Origin: Paraburkholderia sp.
GTDB taxonomy: Bacteria > Pseudomonadota > Gammaproteobacteria > Burkholderiales > Burkholderiaceae
Length of the DNA stretch: 64,000 nt
Assembly: GCA_035536055.1 (NCBI GenBank)
Contig: DATLOW010000024.1
Coordinates: forward strand, 7,599 to 71,598
Reading direction: 5' to 3'
Of this stretch, positions 48,053 to 58,361 are shown piece after piece (position 1 is the first letter of the stretch; the number at the start of each line of letters is the position of its first letter). The position numbers were made by a program, and so were the translations under genes. The notes below the pieces were generated by a model that saw only the letters and a list, made by a program, of their open reading frames with translations, did not search any database and was not told the DNA's origin.

Positions 48053-48172
48053 TTGGCCGGGTCTCCTTGCGGCGGGAACATAGACCTAAGACTGTAACCC
48101 GCGCGGGCATCCGTGTGAAGTCAACGAATGTACAAGTGCGGCAACCCAACCGTATATTTTGCGCAACGTTCG

Positions 48173-48934
48173 CTAGAGGTTGCGCAGCCCGTCAGGGTCG
48201 ACGATACGGATGAACTTGCCGCGTGCGCCGATCAGACCCAGTCGCTGAAACTTCGACAGCGTTCTGCTGACGGTTTCAAGCGTCATGCCGAGATAGCTGC
48301 CCATATCATCGCGCGTCATACGAAGATTGAATTCCGCCGATGAATAGCCGCGCTGCGCATTGCGGGCCGAGACGTCGAGCAGAAACGCGGCGACACGCTC
48401 ATCTGCGTTGAGCGAACCGAGCAGCATCATCTGGCTTGTTTCGCGCACGATCTGCTCGCCCATCAGCTTGTGCAGGCGGTCCTGCATCGTGCCGATTTCG
48501 CGGCACATGTGTTTCAGCGCCGTGTACGGTACGATGCACACAGTGCTGTCTTCGAGCGCGATTGCGCTGCAGGTGTGGGCATCGGTGCTGATGCCGTCGA
48601 GGCCGAGTGCTTCGCCGGCAAGCCGCAGACCGATGACCTGTTCGCGGCCGTCGCGGTGTGCCATGGTCGTTTTCAGCGAACCGGAGCGCACGGCGTAGAG
48701 GTTTTCGAAGCGTGCGCCGGCGCGATAAAGCGTCTCGCCGCGCGTCACTGTGCGTGCCGTGCAGATCAATGCTTCGAGCTTCGGCAGCTCTTCGGCGCCC
48801 AGGCCCTGCGGCATGCACAGATGGCGCATGGCGCAGGTCGAGCAGCGTGCGTGGTGGCGCGTAGCCGGCACGCGGCTGGCGGTACTGCGGGCGCGATGTA
48901 CGACGATCGGCGTCGGGGTGGCGGGACTCAGCAT
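48173..48934 (-). CDS. Fnr-type Crp-family regulator
   Basis: CSTC...HLC N-terminal cysteines, cNMP domain, and LGMTLETVSR HTH. Confidence 0.9.
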   Translation of the reverse strand: MLSPATPTPIVVHRARSTASRVPATRHHARCSTCAMRHLCMPQGLGAEELPKLEALICTARTVTRGETLYRAGARFENLYAVRSGSLKTTMAHRDGREQVIGLRLAGEALGLDGISTDAHTCSAIALEDSTVCIVPYTALKHMCREIGTMQDRLHKLMGEQIVRETSQMMLLGSLNADERVAAFLLDVSARNAQRGYSSAEFNLRMTRDDMGSYLGMTLETVSRTLSKFQRLGLIGARGKFIRIVDPDGLRNL

Positions 48935-49070
48935 GGCGGCAGGACAACGGAAAGTCGCGATATCCCATTGTCCCATTGGGTGCGCGCACAACCGAGCGTC
49001 AAAATGACGCGTGGGCAGCGCTGCCGATGCCGCACAGGCGGCGCTGGCGCCGGCACCACGAAGCGGGTCG

Positions 49071-49556
49071 CTACGCTTGCGTGTTTTTGCCTTCGGTTTC
49101 GGCGGCACGGCTCGCTGCCGCGGGAATCAGCAGCACCGGCAGCGTCGACTGGCGCACACAACGCTCGGCCACACTGCCGAGAATCAGCCGCTGCATGCCG
49201 CGCCGGCCATGCGTGCCCATCACGATCAGGTCGGCCTGGAAATCGGCGGCGGCTTTCAGCAGCAACTCCGGCACATCGTCGGCCGGCGTCGCTTCGCCTA
49301 CTGTGACATCTCCGCTCACGTTGCGCTCGCGCATCGCCTGCGTGAGTTCGGCAGTCAGCTCCCTGCCTTGCTGAACGAATTGCTTCTGCAGAATCGATGG
49401 ATCGTAACCGGGTGCCTCGAAATACATCGGCGTGTTCTCGACGACGTAATACGCGCGCAGTGCCGCGCCGAACGAGCCGGCAAGATGCAGTGCGGCCCTG
49501 AAGGCGCCGCGCGAGGTCTGGCTACCGTCCACTGCTACGAGAATGCGTTTGTACAT
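49071..49556 (-). CDS. Universal stress protein
   Basis: MYKRILVAVDGS and DLIVMGTHGRRG...LGSVAE. Confidence 0.95.
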   Translation of the reverse strand: MYKRILVAVDGSQTSRGAFRAALHLAGSFGAALRAYYVVENTPMYFEAPGYDPSILQKQFVQQGRELTAELTQAMRERNVSGDVTVGEATPADDVPELLLKAAADFQADLIVMGTHGRRGMQRLILGSVAERCVRQSTLPVLLIPAAASRAAETEGKNTQA

Positions 49557-49699
49557 GGTGGCTCCGCGGAAAAGGTCAAAAGAGCGAGGGCGTCCCGATT
49601 GCCGCACGCCGGGGCACGGTGACGGATATGTTTGACAGCCATGACGCTGATACGCACCCGAAAGCTTAATGGAACTACAGGATTCGTGGGCCCGTCGAG

Positions 49700-49713
49700 A
49701 TGATGTCAATCAA
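49700..49713. promoter_or_regulatory. Putative FNR box upstream of usp-fnr
   Basis: ATGAT-GTCA-ATCAA, one mismatch from TTGAT-N4-ATCAA. Confidence 0.55.
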
Positions 49714-49870
49714 CTTCCTGGCAAATTTCGGAGCGCCGGCGCGCTTCGTCGCCGGTAGCTTGAGTCCCACGGCGCGCGGCCGTTGTGGACGCAACTGTGT
49801 ATCGCGGCCGGCCTGCATGCGTCGAGTTGCCTTACAATTGCAGCCTATTTCTGACAAGTCACGTCCCAGC

Positions 49871-50560
49871 ATGAACGAGCGCAAATCGACGGGGCTGCCC
49901 GACAAGATTTACGGCGACATCCTCAATCGCATCCTCGAAGGCGAATACAAAGAGGGGGAGAGGCTGCCGACCGAGCATGCGCTGGCGGAGCGCTTCGAAA
50001 CCTCGCGGCCGACGGTGCGCGAAGCGCTCGCCCGCTTGCGTGCCGACGGCATCATCGTGACGCGGCACGGGTCGGGTACGACGGTTGCACGTCGGCCCGA
50101 TCCGGACGTGCGCCGCTTTGCGCCGCTCGAGTCCCTGTCCGATATTCGCCGCTGCTACGACTTTCGTATCGTTACCGAAGCGGGTGCAGCGGCGCTCGCG
50201 GCGCAGATGGCCGATGCCGGCGATATCGCGGCAATCGAAGCGGCATGGCTTGAATTGGAGCGTGTCGTCGAGACGCAAGGCATCGGCGCCAGCGACGATT
50301 TCACCTTCCATTTCGCGGTGGCGCGTGCGTCGAAAAATCAGTTCTTCATCACGATGATGTCGTTTATCGAAGAGCAGATCGTGTTCAGCATGAATCTGTC
50401 GCGCAACCTGTCGCTGGTCAAAACGGTGGAGCGGCGCCGGCTCGTGCAGGCCGAGCATCGTGCCGTGCTCGAGGCAATCCGGCGCGGCGATGCCGCCGCC
50501 GCGGAGCAGGCGATGCGAATGCATCTGCAGAATGCGCGCGACCGGATGTTCGGGTCTTAG
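49871..50560 (+). CDS. GntR/FadR-family regulator
   Basis: GERLPTE..LAERF.TSRPTVREAL HTH plus FCD domain. Confidence 0.93.
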   Translation: MNERKSTGLPDKIYGDILNRILEGEYKEGERLPTEHALAERFETSRPTVREALARLRADGIIVTRHGSGTTVARRPDPDVRRFAPLESLSDIRRCYDFRIVTEAGAAALAAQMADAGDIAAIEAAWLELERVVETQGIGASDDFTFHFAVARASKNQFFITMMSFIEEQIVFSMNLSRNLSLVKTVERRRLVQAEHRAVLEAIRRGDAAAAEQAMRMHLQNARDRMFGS

Positions 50561-50656
50561 CGTCTCGTGGCGGCCGGTGCCGATAGCGGCTAGTGCCGGC
50601 AAAATCGCAGGCGCGACGTTGCAGACGCAACCTTTCAATCAATTTTTTTAGTTTCC

Positions 50657-52237
50657 ATGCGCGCAACAGGCGCGTTTTCCGAAGTGAACTCTTCCCGTCC
50701 TTTGCCTTTCCGCGACGCGTTGCTGGCCATGCTTGGCATTGGCCTCGTCAACATGCTCGTCGCGCTCGACCAGACCGTGGTCAGCACCGCCTTGCCGTCG
50801 ATCGTCTCCGAACTGCGCGGCTTCGAGTATTACGCATGGATTGCGAGCGCCTATTTGCTCGCTTCCGTCGTGACCGTGCCGGTGTTCGGCCGCCTCGGCG
50901 ATTACTTCGGTCGCAAGCGTTTCGTGATCGCCGCGGTGATCGTGTTCACGCTCGCTTCGCTGTTGTGCGGCGTGGCGCGCAACATGCCGTTTCTGGTGTT
51001 CGCGCGCGGCCTGCAGGGTGTCGGCGGCGGCATGATGGTCGGCACCGCGTTCGCGTCGATTCCCGATCTGTTTCCGGATCCGCACCTGCGCGTGCGCTGG
51101 CAGGTCGTGATGGCGGCTGCGTACGGTATCGGCACGGCGGCCGGGCCTTCGCTAGGCGGCTGGCTCAGTCAGCATTTCGGCTGGCGCTCTACGTTTCTCG
51201 TCAATCTGCCGGTGGGCGCGCTGGCGCTGTACTTCATCTGGGCGCATCTGCCGCATTATCGGCGCGAACGGAGCGGCGATGTGCGCATCGATTGGGGCGG
51301 CGCGGTGCTGGTCGCGCTGGTACTGGGAGGTCTGCAGACCTTTATCGAGGCTGTGCCGAAGGAAGGCCTGAGCGGTGCGAACCTGCTGCTTGCGGTGCTC
51401 GTCGTCGCGGGTGCGGCGTTGCTGCTCGCCTGCGAGCGCCGTGCGACGCATCCCATGATTCCGCTCGACCTGTTCAAGGATGCGCAACTCGTCACGCTGT
51501 TCACGTTGTCGGTGTTGTCCGGCTTCGTGATGTTTTCGCTGATCTTTTTCGCGCCGTTATTGCTGCAGGGCGGATTTGGCCTGTCGCCCCAGCAGGCGGG
51601 ACTATTGGCCACGCCGATTGCCGCGTGCATTGCGCTCGGCAGTTTCATCAATACGCGGATTGTGATTCAACTGTCGCGTCCAACCGCGATTCTGACGATC
51701 GGCTTCGCTTTGCTGGTCGTCGCTTCGCTCGGAATTGCGCTGGCGACGCCGGCAACTCCGCATCTGTACCTCGAATTGTCGATGGCGGCAGTCGGTATCG
51801 GGCTGGGTTTTATCCTCAACAACCTGAACGTGTTCGGGCAGGAGATTGCCGGGCGCGAGCGCTTCGGCATCACCACCGCGTTGCTGCAGTCGACGCGCAT
51901 GGTGGGCGGCATGCTCGGCACAAGCGTGGTCGCGACGATCGTGAATCGCCGCTATGCATCGGGTGTCGACGATTCGCTGCGCGTGCTCGGCGAACCGGTG
52001 GCGGCGAAGTGGCGCGGGCAACTCGGCGATCCGCGCATTCTCGTCGACGAAGGGTTGCGCGACACGCTGCTGGGGGAGTTGAAGCGCGCGGGGCTCGAAG
52101 GCCCCGCGCTGCTCGATGCGGCGCGGCACGTGCTCGTGCAGTCGATCCACATCGGCGTGCTGCTGACCGGCTGTGCCGCGCTTGCCGCGGCTTTGCTGGT
52201 GCGCCGGATTTCGCACATCACGTTCCGCCGCAAATGA
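50657..52237 (+). CDS. DHA2-type (14-TM) MFS efflux transporter
   Basis: ALDQTVV.TALP, GRLGD.FGRK, RGLQG.GGG and WR..F.VNLP motifs. Confidence 0.92.
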   Translation: MRATGAFSEVNSSRPLPFRDALLAMLGIGLVNMLVALDQTVVSTALPSIVSELRGFEYYAWIASAYLLASVVTVPVFGRLGDYFGRKRFVIAAVIVFTLASLLCGVARNMPFLVFARGLQGVGGGMMVGTAFASIPDLFPDPHLRVRWQVVMAAAYGIGTAAGPSLGGWLSQHFGWRSTFLVNLPVGALALYFIWAHLPHYRRERSGDVRIDWGGAVLVALVLGGLQTFIEAVPKEGLSGANLLLAVLVVAGAALLLACERRATHPMIPLDLFKDAQLVTLFTLSVLSGFVMFSLIFFAPLLLQGGFGLSPQQAGLLATPIAACIALGSFINTRIVIQLSRPTAILTIGFALLVVASLGIALATPATPHLYLELSMAAVGIGLGFILNNLNVFGQEIAGRERFGITTALLQSTRMVGGMLGTSVVATIVNRRYASGVDDSLRVLGEPVAAKWRGQLGDPRILVDEGLRDTLLGELKRAGLEGPALLDAARHVLVQSIHIGVLLTGCAALAAALLVRRISHITFRRK

Positions 52238-52255
52238 AGGCGGCGCGAGGTCGAG

Positions 52256-52852
52256 TCAGGCGGCTGCCGCCATCGGTCCAAACAGCGCATTGCGCGTCTG
52301 TTCGCTGACAGCGATATCGAGCGCGACGGCTCGTTCGACGCCGATTTGCAGCGGCGCCCCGAGCCGCGAGATTTCAATGCCGGTTCGGCGCAGCAGCCGT
52401 TCGATCGGCGTGGTCGTTACGGTTACGTAACGCGTGATGCCCATGCGGTCCGCGAACGTAACGAGTTCCTGGATCGCCAGCATCGTGACGTCGGCAAAGC
52501 CGAATGTCTGTTCGTTCTCGGGATCGGTCTCGATCGCGAAGCGGCTCAGCTCCCAGATGTGCCGTCCGACCGGGGCTGCCTTGCCGTGCAGCAGCTGCGG
52601 AAACGTATCCCTGAGCATGTTCGGGCCTTCGGTCGGCATCAGCCGCCAACAGCCTCGTACTTTCATTGCCATGTCCTGGATCAGCATGTAGTGCGGCCCG
52701 AGCGCATCGTAGCCGTCTACCTCCATCCCCGCGATGATCGGGATGTCCCAGCCCATGCGCCCGTGAAAAACCCGGGCCCGTAGCCGGTACATTTCGTGAA
52801 TGTCTGCGTCGTCGAAGTCTTTGGTGCTACCCACTCGAATCGCTGCGTGCAT
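52256..52852 (-). CDS. braI: Acyl-homoserine-lactone synthase (LuxI family)
   Basis: YRLRARVF..R.GW, E.DGYD, GCWRLMPT, ML.DTF and WELSRF motifs. Confidence 0.93.
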   Translation of the reverse strand: MHAAIRVGSTKDFDDADIHEMYRLRARVFHGRMGWDIPIIAGMEVDGYDALGPHYMLIQDMAMKVRGCWRLMPTEGPNMLRDTFPQLLHGKAAPVGRHIWELSRFAIETDPENEQTFGFADVTMLAIQELVTFADRMGITRYVTVTTTPIERLLRRTGIEISRLGAPLQIGVERAVALDIAVSEQTRNALFGPMAAAA

Positions 52853-52895
52853 GGTGTCTCTCCTCGCCCGGGTTCGTCCCGTACGCAGAAAAACT

Positions 52896-52910
52896 TATGC
52901 ATTTTGGATA
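52896..52910. promoter_or_regulatory. Putative RsaL-binding site
   Basis: TATGCATTTTGGATA resembles the Pseudomonas RsaL site TATGnAAnTTnCATA. Confidence 0.45.
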
Positions 52911-52918
52911 CAAATTTG

Positions 52919-52940
52919 CACCTACCCACCTGGATAGGTG
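52919..52940. promoter_or_regulatory. lux box in the braI-rsaL bidirectional promoter
   Basis: CACCTACCCA-CC-TGGATAGGTG, a near-perfect palindrome with ACCT...AGGT ends. Confidence 0.75.
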
Positions 52941-53003
52941 TTGGCTTGATGCCCACCTCATCAAAATTGAGACAAGCATTAGCCAACCCAGTGGGGAATT
53001 GAC

Positions 53004-53312
53004 ATGGAACTGCTCGAGAATCATTGGCAAGCGGCGGTACAGAATCGCGCTGCAGACGTATCGTCGGCTGTGGATCGCGTTTTGATCATCGCTTACCGCA
53101 AGAAAAGGAAAGAAAGCCAGCGCCAGTTCTGGGCTCGCTTCGGCGTCACGCAGTCGCGCGGCAGCCGCTTTGAGTCGGGCGCGGAGATTCCAGCGCCCGT
53201 GTCGATTCTGCTTGGACTCTACTTCTCCAAGACGATCTCCGATGGCGACCTGGGCAAAGCCGGACGCGTACTGGCCGGCGAAGCCAAAGAGCTGATCAAC
53301 CTGGATCAATAA
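53004..53312 (+). CDS. rsaL: RsaL quorum-sensing repressor
   Basis: SQ.QFW.RFGVTQSRGSRFESG HTH. Located between luxI and luxR, divergent from luxI. Confidence 0.88.
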   Translation: MELLENHWQAAVQNRAADVSSAVDRVLIIAYRKKRKESQRQFWARFGVTQSRGSRFESGAEIPAPVSILLGLYFSKTISDGDLGKAGRVLAGEAKELINLDQ

Positions 53313-54024
53313 GACCCAGTTGCGTTGCAATGACGGCCGCGGCACGCCGCGAGTTCACACCGAATTTCGTGCGGATGTTTTTCAGGTGGAAGTTCACGAC
53401 GGCTTCCGAACATCCAAGAATGTGTGAAATTTCCCACGTGGACTTACCCCGCGCCGTCCATTGCAGGCATTCCCTCTCGCGTGGCGTGAGCTTGGGCAGC
53501 AGCGCCTGCGTGTGATTCTTCAGATACGGTTGGCTCGTATCGATGACGAGATCGCGCAATAACGCGAGATTCGGCAATACGACGTCGATGTGCCGCCAGA
53601 ATTCGCTGGTGGGATTAGTGTCATTGACGAAGCACAGCATGCCGTTCTCCTGCCGCGGGCCGTGAATCGGCAGCGTGATACCGGCGCGCAGCCCGTGCGC
53701 GCGCGCTTCTTCATACATCGATTGTTGCGGATTCGTGCTGAACAGCTGGGGCGACCAGACCAGCGGCGCCGACTTGGTCGTGCAGTGCGCGACGGTCGGA
53801 TCGATATGCGCAAAGCCGTGCGCATCGTAGAACTGTCGCCACGCCGGCGCATAGCTGCTGCGCACGAACGCATCCTCCATCCGGATGCCCGGACGGGGCA
53901 GGATCGCGACCAGCACGCGGTTGAACCCCCAGCCCTCCGCGAGGCGGCTGAGTTCGCCGAACCAGGTCGTGTCGTCGACCGCGTTGAGCATCGGCGACAT
54001 CTGCTCAAAAAATTGTAGCGACAA
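53296..54024 (-). CDS. braR: LuxR-family AHL receptor
   Basis: Y...W..FY....F.HIDP, EEAR.HGL..G and LTPRE.ECL.W...GKS.WEI. Confidence 0.93.
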   Translation of the reverse strand: MSLQFFEQMSPMLNAVDDTTWFGELSRLAEGWGFNRVLVAILPRPGIRMEDAFVRSSYAPAWRQFYDAHGFAHIDPTVAHCTTKSAPLVWSPQLFSTNPQQSMYEEARAHGLRAGITLPIHGPRQENGMLCFVNDTNPTSEFWRHIDVVLPNLALLRDLVIDTSQPYLKNHTQALLPKLTPRERECLQWTARGKSTWEISHILGCSEAVVNFHLKNIRTKFGVNSRRAAAVIATQLGLIDPG

Positions 54025-54478
54025 GGCAGTTCTCTCAGGTCATGACAAGGCCATGCCGCTGGCTACTGCCCGCGCGCGCCATGGCCCCCGTATTCTTCTG
54101 CATTAATTTAGCATCATTATTATTTCTTCACTGAAAAACCGTGCAGCCGAAAAACCAATTGACGATTTGTTCATAGAAACACCGCCAATCTTTAAAAAAT
54201 CCGACAATAAGCGCATTTCTCCAGTATTCAAGCGTATTCGCATTTCGCGAATACGGTAAATATAACTGGCCGGAAATGCGCGGTCGGTAACGGAAGTGAT
54301 CTCAGCACCTCCAAAACGTGACCGGTTGCTTGAAAAGACCGTGCCGGCTGTAGGGCGAATGCAATCATGCTGTGTGGCTGTTAAGCAACTGCAGAGCGCA
54401 CGTGCAGCATTGGAACACACTGTCGGCTCGCGAGCATCGGGGTTTCGCCGGGTACGGGCGCACCCCCGGGGTCTGCAA

Positions 54479-54491
54479 GTTATCTGACAAC
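54479..54491. promoter_or_regulatory. Putative FadR-type operator
   Basis: GTTATCTGACAAC imperfect palindrome. Related motifs occur at 49826-49858 upstream of the GntR gene. Confidence 0.5.
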
Positions 54492-54547
54492 ATTGATGCG
54501 CAAATGATACTTTCGCGCTCGATCTCGCCGTCCCGTCGTCCGCCGCC

Positions 54548-55485
54548 ATGAATGTTTCCCATCTATCGGTGCAGGAGTTTGCCGTCAGCGTGATGGCGGT
54601 GCCGCCACTCGCGCGCCGTGCGGACCTCAGCCTCGATGCGGCCCAGAACCAGAAGCTGATTCGCCATATCGAAGCCGGCGGCGTTCGCACGCTGCTTTAT
54701 GGCGGCAATGCAAACCTCTATCACGTTGCTGTCAGCGAATATCGCGACCTGCTCGATTTGCTCGCGGACAGCAGCGGTCCCGCACGCGGGTGATTCCTGC
54801 GATCGGCGCCGACTACGGCAAGATGCTCGATCAGGCCCGTATCCTCGCGCATACCCCGTACCGCACCGCGATGGTGTTGCCGTTCAGCGGCTTCACGACG
54901 CCGCAAGGCGTAGAGGCCGGGCTGACGCACATCTCGCAGCTGGCCGGCATGCCGCTCACGCTGTACGTGAAAAGCGAGCACTACGTGGACATCGACACGC
55001 TCGCGAGGCTCGTCGACCGGGGCACGCTGATTGCGGTGAAGTACGCGATTCCTCGAGAAAATGCGTCGCAAGATCCCTTTTTGCAGCGCCTCGTGCAAAG
55101 CGTGGGTTCGGCGCGGGTGATCTCGGGAATGGGCGAACGGCCGGCGCTCGCGCATCTGCAAGAGTTCGGCCTGACCGCGTGGACGACCGGCTCGGGCTGT
55201 ATCGCGCCGCACGCAGTCATGGCGTTGTTCGACGCGGCCAAAGCGAATCGCACCGACGAGGCGCAGCGCCTCTACGAAGCATTCATGCCGCTCGAAACGC
55301 TGCGCGACGCGATCTCGCTGATTCGCGTGCTGCACGATGCCGTAACGATGTCGAAGATCGCTGATATGGGCCCGCTATTGCCGCTCTTGAGTTCGACTCC
55401 GCTCGAACATCATGCGAAGATCGATGCTGCGACGCAGGCCCTGCTCGCATTCGAGCGCCGGCTCGCGGACGCTGCCGCGGGCTGA
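54548..55485 (+). pseudogene. DapA-like (2-keto-3-deoxy sugar-acid dehydratase) gene split by a 1-nt frameshift
   Basis: SVMAVPPLAR and LLYGGNANLY lie in one frame; VIPAIG, YVK and VKYA lie in another. The junction is near 54783. Confidence 0.8.
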
Positions 55486-55571
55486 TAACGGCGCATACCC
55501 ACTATGTGAATTTTTTGGCTGCGCGAAACAATGCGAACGACACTCGCGCGGCCTACGAGAGGAGTTGCAAC

Positions 55572-57152
55572 ATGCAGATTACCGGAGACATGCTGATCGG
55601 CGGGTCCGCGGTGCGCGGAACCAAAGGCACGCTGCGCGCGTTCGACCCGGCCCGCAACATGGACATCGAACCTGAGTTCGGCGCGGGCGGCACGGTCGAG
55701 GTCGATCGCGCGTGCGAACTCGCAGCGCGAGCGTTCGATCCGTATCGTCAGGCGCCGCTCGAAACGCGTGCGCGTTTTCTCGAAGCTATCGCGGACAACA
55801 TCGTTGCGCTAGGCGATGCGCTGATCGAACGCGCGCAAGCCGAATCGGCGCTGCCGAAGGCGCGTCTCGAAGGCGAACGGGCGCGCACGGTCGGTCAATT
55901 GCGACTGTTCGCAGCGCTTGCGCGCGAAGGCCGCTGGCTCACTGCCACGCTCGATTCCGCGCTGCCCGATCGCAAGCCGCTGCCGCGCCCGGATCTGCGT
56001 CTGCAGAAGATTCCGGTCGGCCCGGTCGCGGTGTTCGGGGCGAGCAATTTCCCGCTGGCGTTTTCGGTGGCGGGCGGCGACACCGCATCGGCGCTGGCCG
56101 CCGGTTGCCCGGTCGTCGTAAAGGCGCATCCGGCGCACCTCGGCACCTCGGAGCTGGTCGGCCGCGCAATTCAGAAGGCGGTGGCCGATAGCGGTTTGCC
56201 GGAAGGCGTGTTCTCGCTGCTGGTCGGCGCGGGCAACGAGATCGGCGAGGCGCTGGTCGCGCATCCGGCGATCAAGTCGGTCGGCTTCACCGGTTCGCGG
56301 CGCGGCGGGCTGGCGCTGGTGAACATCGCGGCGCAGCGCCGCGAGCCGATTCCGGTGTTCGCGGAGATGAGCAGCATCAATCCGTTCTTCGTGCTGCCGG
56401 GTGCGCTGGCGAAGCGCGCCGAAGCCATCGCCAACGGTTTTGTCGATTCGGTCACGCTCGGCGTCGGCCAGTTCTGCACAAACCCGGGCCTCGTGCTGTT
56501 GCTCGATGGACCGAACAAGCAGGTGTTCATCGATGCCGCCGCCAAAGCACTGGCGCAAAAAGGCGCGCAGACGATGCTGACGGCCGGCATCGCGAACGCG
56601 TACAAAGACGGCGTCTCGCAGCGCAACGAGTTGAAGGGCGTGCAAAGCATTGCGCAAGGGCAGCAATCGGATGCGTCGTGCGCGGCGCTGCCGGCGCTGT
56701 TCCAGACCACCGCGATGCAGTTCCTTGCTACCGCGAAGCTCGAAGAGGAAATCTTCGGACCGACGTCGCTGATCGTCACCTGTGCGGACATCGCGGAAAT
56801 GGTTAAGGTCGCCGAGTATCTCGAAGGCCAACTGACCGCAACCCTGCAACTCGAAGCCGACGATCACGAACTCGCGCGCGCTCTGCTGCCGACGCTCGAG
56901 CGCAAGGCCGGCCGCATTCTGGCGAACGGTTTTCCGACCGGCGTCGAAGTGTCGTATGCGATGGTGCACGGCGGCCCGTTCCCGGCCACGTCCGATGGGC
57001 GTGCAACCTCGGTCGGCGCGACCGCGATCGATCGCTTCCTGCGTCCGGTCTGCTATCAGGACCTGCCGGCCGAGCTGTTGCCGCAAGCGCTGCAGGACGG
57101 CAACCCGCTCGAGCTCTGGCGTCTGCGCGACGGTAAACCTGTGCAGGGTTGA
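55572..57152 (+). CDS. Alpha-ketoglutaric semialdehyde dehydrogenase-type ALDH
   Basis: [44 protein letters not shown] and HGGPFPAT motifs. Confidence 0.9.
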   Translation: MQITGDMLIGGSAVRGTKGTLRAFDPARNMDIEPEFGAGGTVEVDRACELAARAFDPYRQAPLETRARFLEAIADNIVALGDALIERAQAESALPKARLEGERARTVGQLRLFAALAREGRWLTATLDSALPDRKPLPRPDLRLQKIPVGPVAVFGASNFPLAFSVAGGDTASALAAGCPVVVKAHPAHLGTSELVGRAIQKAVADSGLPEGVFSLLVGAGNEIGEALVAHPAIKSVGFTGSRRGGLALVNIAAQRREPIPVFAEMSSINPFFVLPGALAKRAEAIANGFVDSVTLGVGQFCTNPGLVLLLDGPNKQVFIDAAAKALAQKGAQTMLTAGIANAYKDGVSQRNELKGVQSIAQGQQSDASCAALPALFQTTAMQFLATAKLEEEIFGPTSLIVTCADIAEMVKVAEYLEGQLTATLQLEADDHELARALLPTLERKAGRILANGFPTGVEVSYAMVHGGPFPATSDGRATSVGATAIDRFLRPVCYQDLPAELLPQALQDGNPLELWRLRDGKPVQG

Positions 57153-57265
57153 CGCTGCGCGTTGCAGTCGCCGCCGCGCCGGCGGGTACCGATCGCACGA
57201 CGGCACCACTCCGCATCGCACTGCGGCGCTGCAACTGCAATAGAAAAAGATGTCTTCAGCACACT

Positions 57266-57295
57266 GCCGGGCAGCATGCTGCCCGGCGCCTTTTT
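57266..57295 (+). terminator. GC hairpin followed by a T run
   Basis: Perfect palindrome GCCGGGCAGCATGCTGCCCGGC followed by gccTTTTT. Confidence 0.5.
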
Positions 57296-57307
57296 GCCCG
57301 ACACGCC

Positions 57308-58246
57308 ATGACCGACGCCAGCCGCCGTTACCCGGATCCGGCCATCCGTATTCTCGATCCACGCTTTAGCGCATTGCGTATTTCATCGGCATCGGTCGAA
57401 TGCCTGTATCAAGGCACGCGCTGGTCCGAAGGGCCGGTGTGGTTCGGCGACGCACGCTGCCTGCTGTGGAGCGACATTCCAAACAACCGCATCCTGCGCT
57501 GGGACGAAGAAACCGGCGCGGTGACACCATTTCGCCGTCCTTCGAACCATGCCAACGGCAATACGCGCGATCGCGATGGACGTCTCGTCACCTGCGAACA
57601 TCTGACGCGCCGCGTGACGCGCACCGAATACGACGGTTCGATCACCGTGCTGGCCGAGCGTTATCAGGGCATGCGCTTCAATTCGCCGAACGATGTGGTG
57701 GTGAAGTCCGATGGCTCGATCTGGTTCACCGACCCGAGCTTCGGCATCGATAGCTTCTACGAAGGCGAAAAGCAGGAAGCGGAATTGCCGCAGTGCGTCT
57801 ACCGGATCGATGCGCATACCGGCGAAGTGACGATGGTGGCCGATGAAGTAATCGGCCCGAACGGTCTCGCATTTTCGCCCGACGAAAAGCTGCTATACAT
57901 CGTCGAATCGCGCGGCGAACCGCGCAAGATTCGCGTCTTCGACGTCGTACAGCAGGGGCGCGCGCTGACCAACAACCGCGTGCTGATCGATGCAGGTCCC
58001 GGCACGCCGGATGGCTTTCGCATCGACGTGCACGGTAACCTGTGGTGCGGCTGGGGCATGGGCAATGACGAACTCGACGGCGTACGCGTGTTTTCGCCGC
58101 AAGGCGAACTGCTTGGACATATCGCGTTGCCGGAGCGTTGTGCGAACGTGTGCTTCGGCGGCCGTCATCGCAATCGGCTCTTTATGGCGGCGAGTCATGG
58201 GCTGTACGCGTTGTACGTGAATACGCAGGGCGTCAGGGGCGGTTAG
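57308..58246 (+). CDS. SMP-30/gluconolactonase family lactonase
   Basis: WSEGPVW, WSDIP, FNSPND, PNGLAFSPDE and PDG motifs. Confidence 0.92.
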   Translation: MTDASRRYPDPAIRILDPRFSALRISSASVECLYQGTRWSEGPVWFGDARCLLWSDIPNNRILRWDEETGAVTPFRRPSNHANGNTRDRDGRLVTCEHLTRRVTRTEYDGSITVLAERYQGMRFNSPNDVVVKSDGSIWFTDPSFGIDSFYEGEKQEAELPQCVYRIDAHTGEVTMVADEVIGPNGLAFSPDEKLLYIVESRGEPRKIRVFDVVQQGRALTNNRVLIDAGPGTPDGFRIDVHGNLWCGWGMGNDELDGVRVFSPQGELLGHIALPERCANVCFGGRHRNRLFMAASHGLYALYVNTQGVRGG

Positions 58247-58361
58247 ATCGCGCGGACGTGTGCTGCGCACGCGTGAGCGCTGCCTGTTTGTCCGTTGAAC
58301 CCGCTTGATCTTTGCTTGACCCCTGTTTGAACCCGTTGACCCGATCGGTACAGGAGCGGAC

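Noticed and set aside
52946-52964. TTGATG-N7-CATCAA as an FNR box
   Set aside because: The spacing does not fit TTGAT-N4-ATCAA. It may be another dyad, but I have no support for that.
58285-58345. Possible CRISPR array
   Set aside because: The units are about 10 bp and degenerate, with no spacers and no cas genes.
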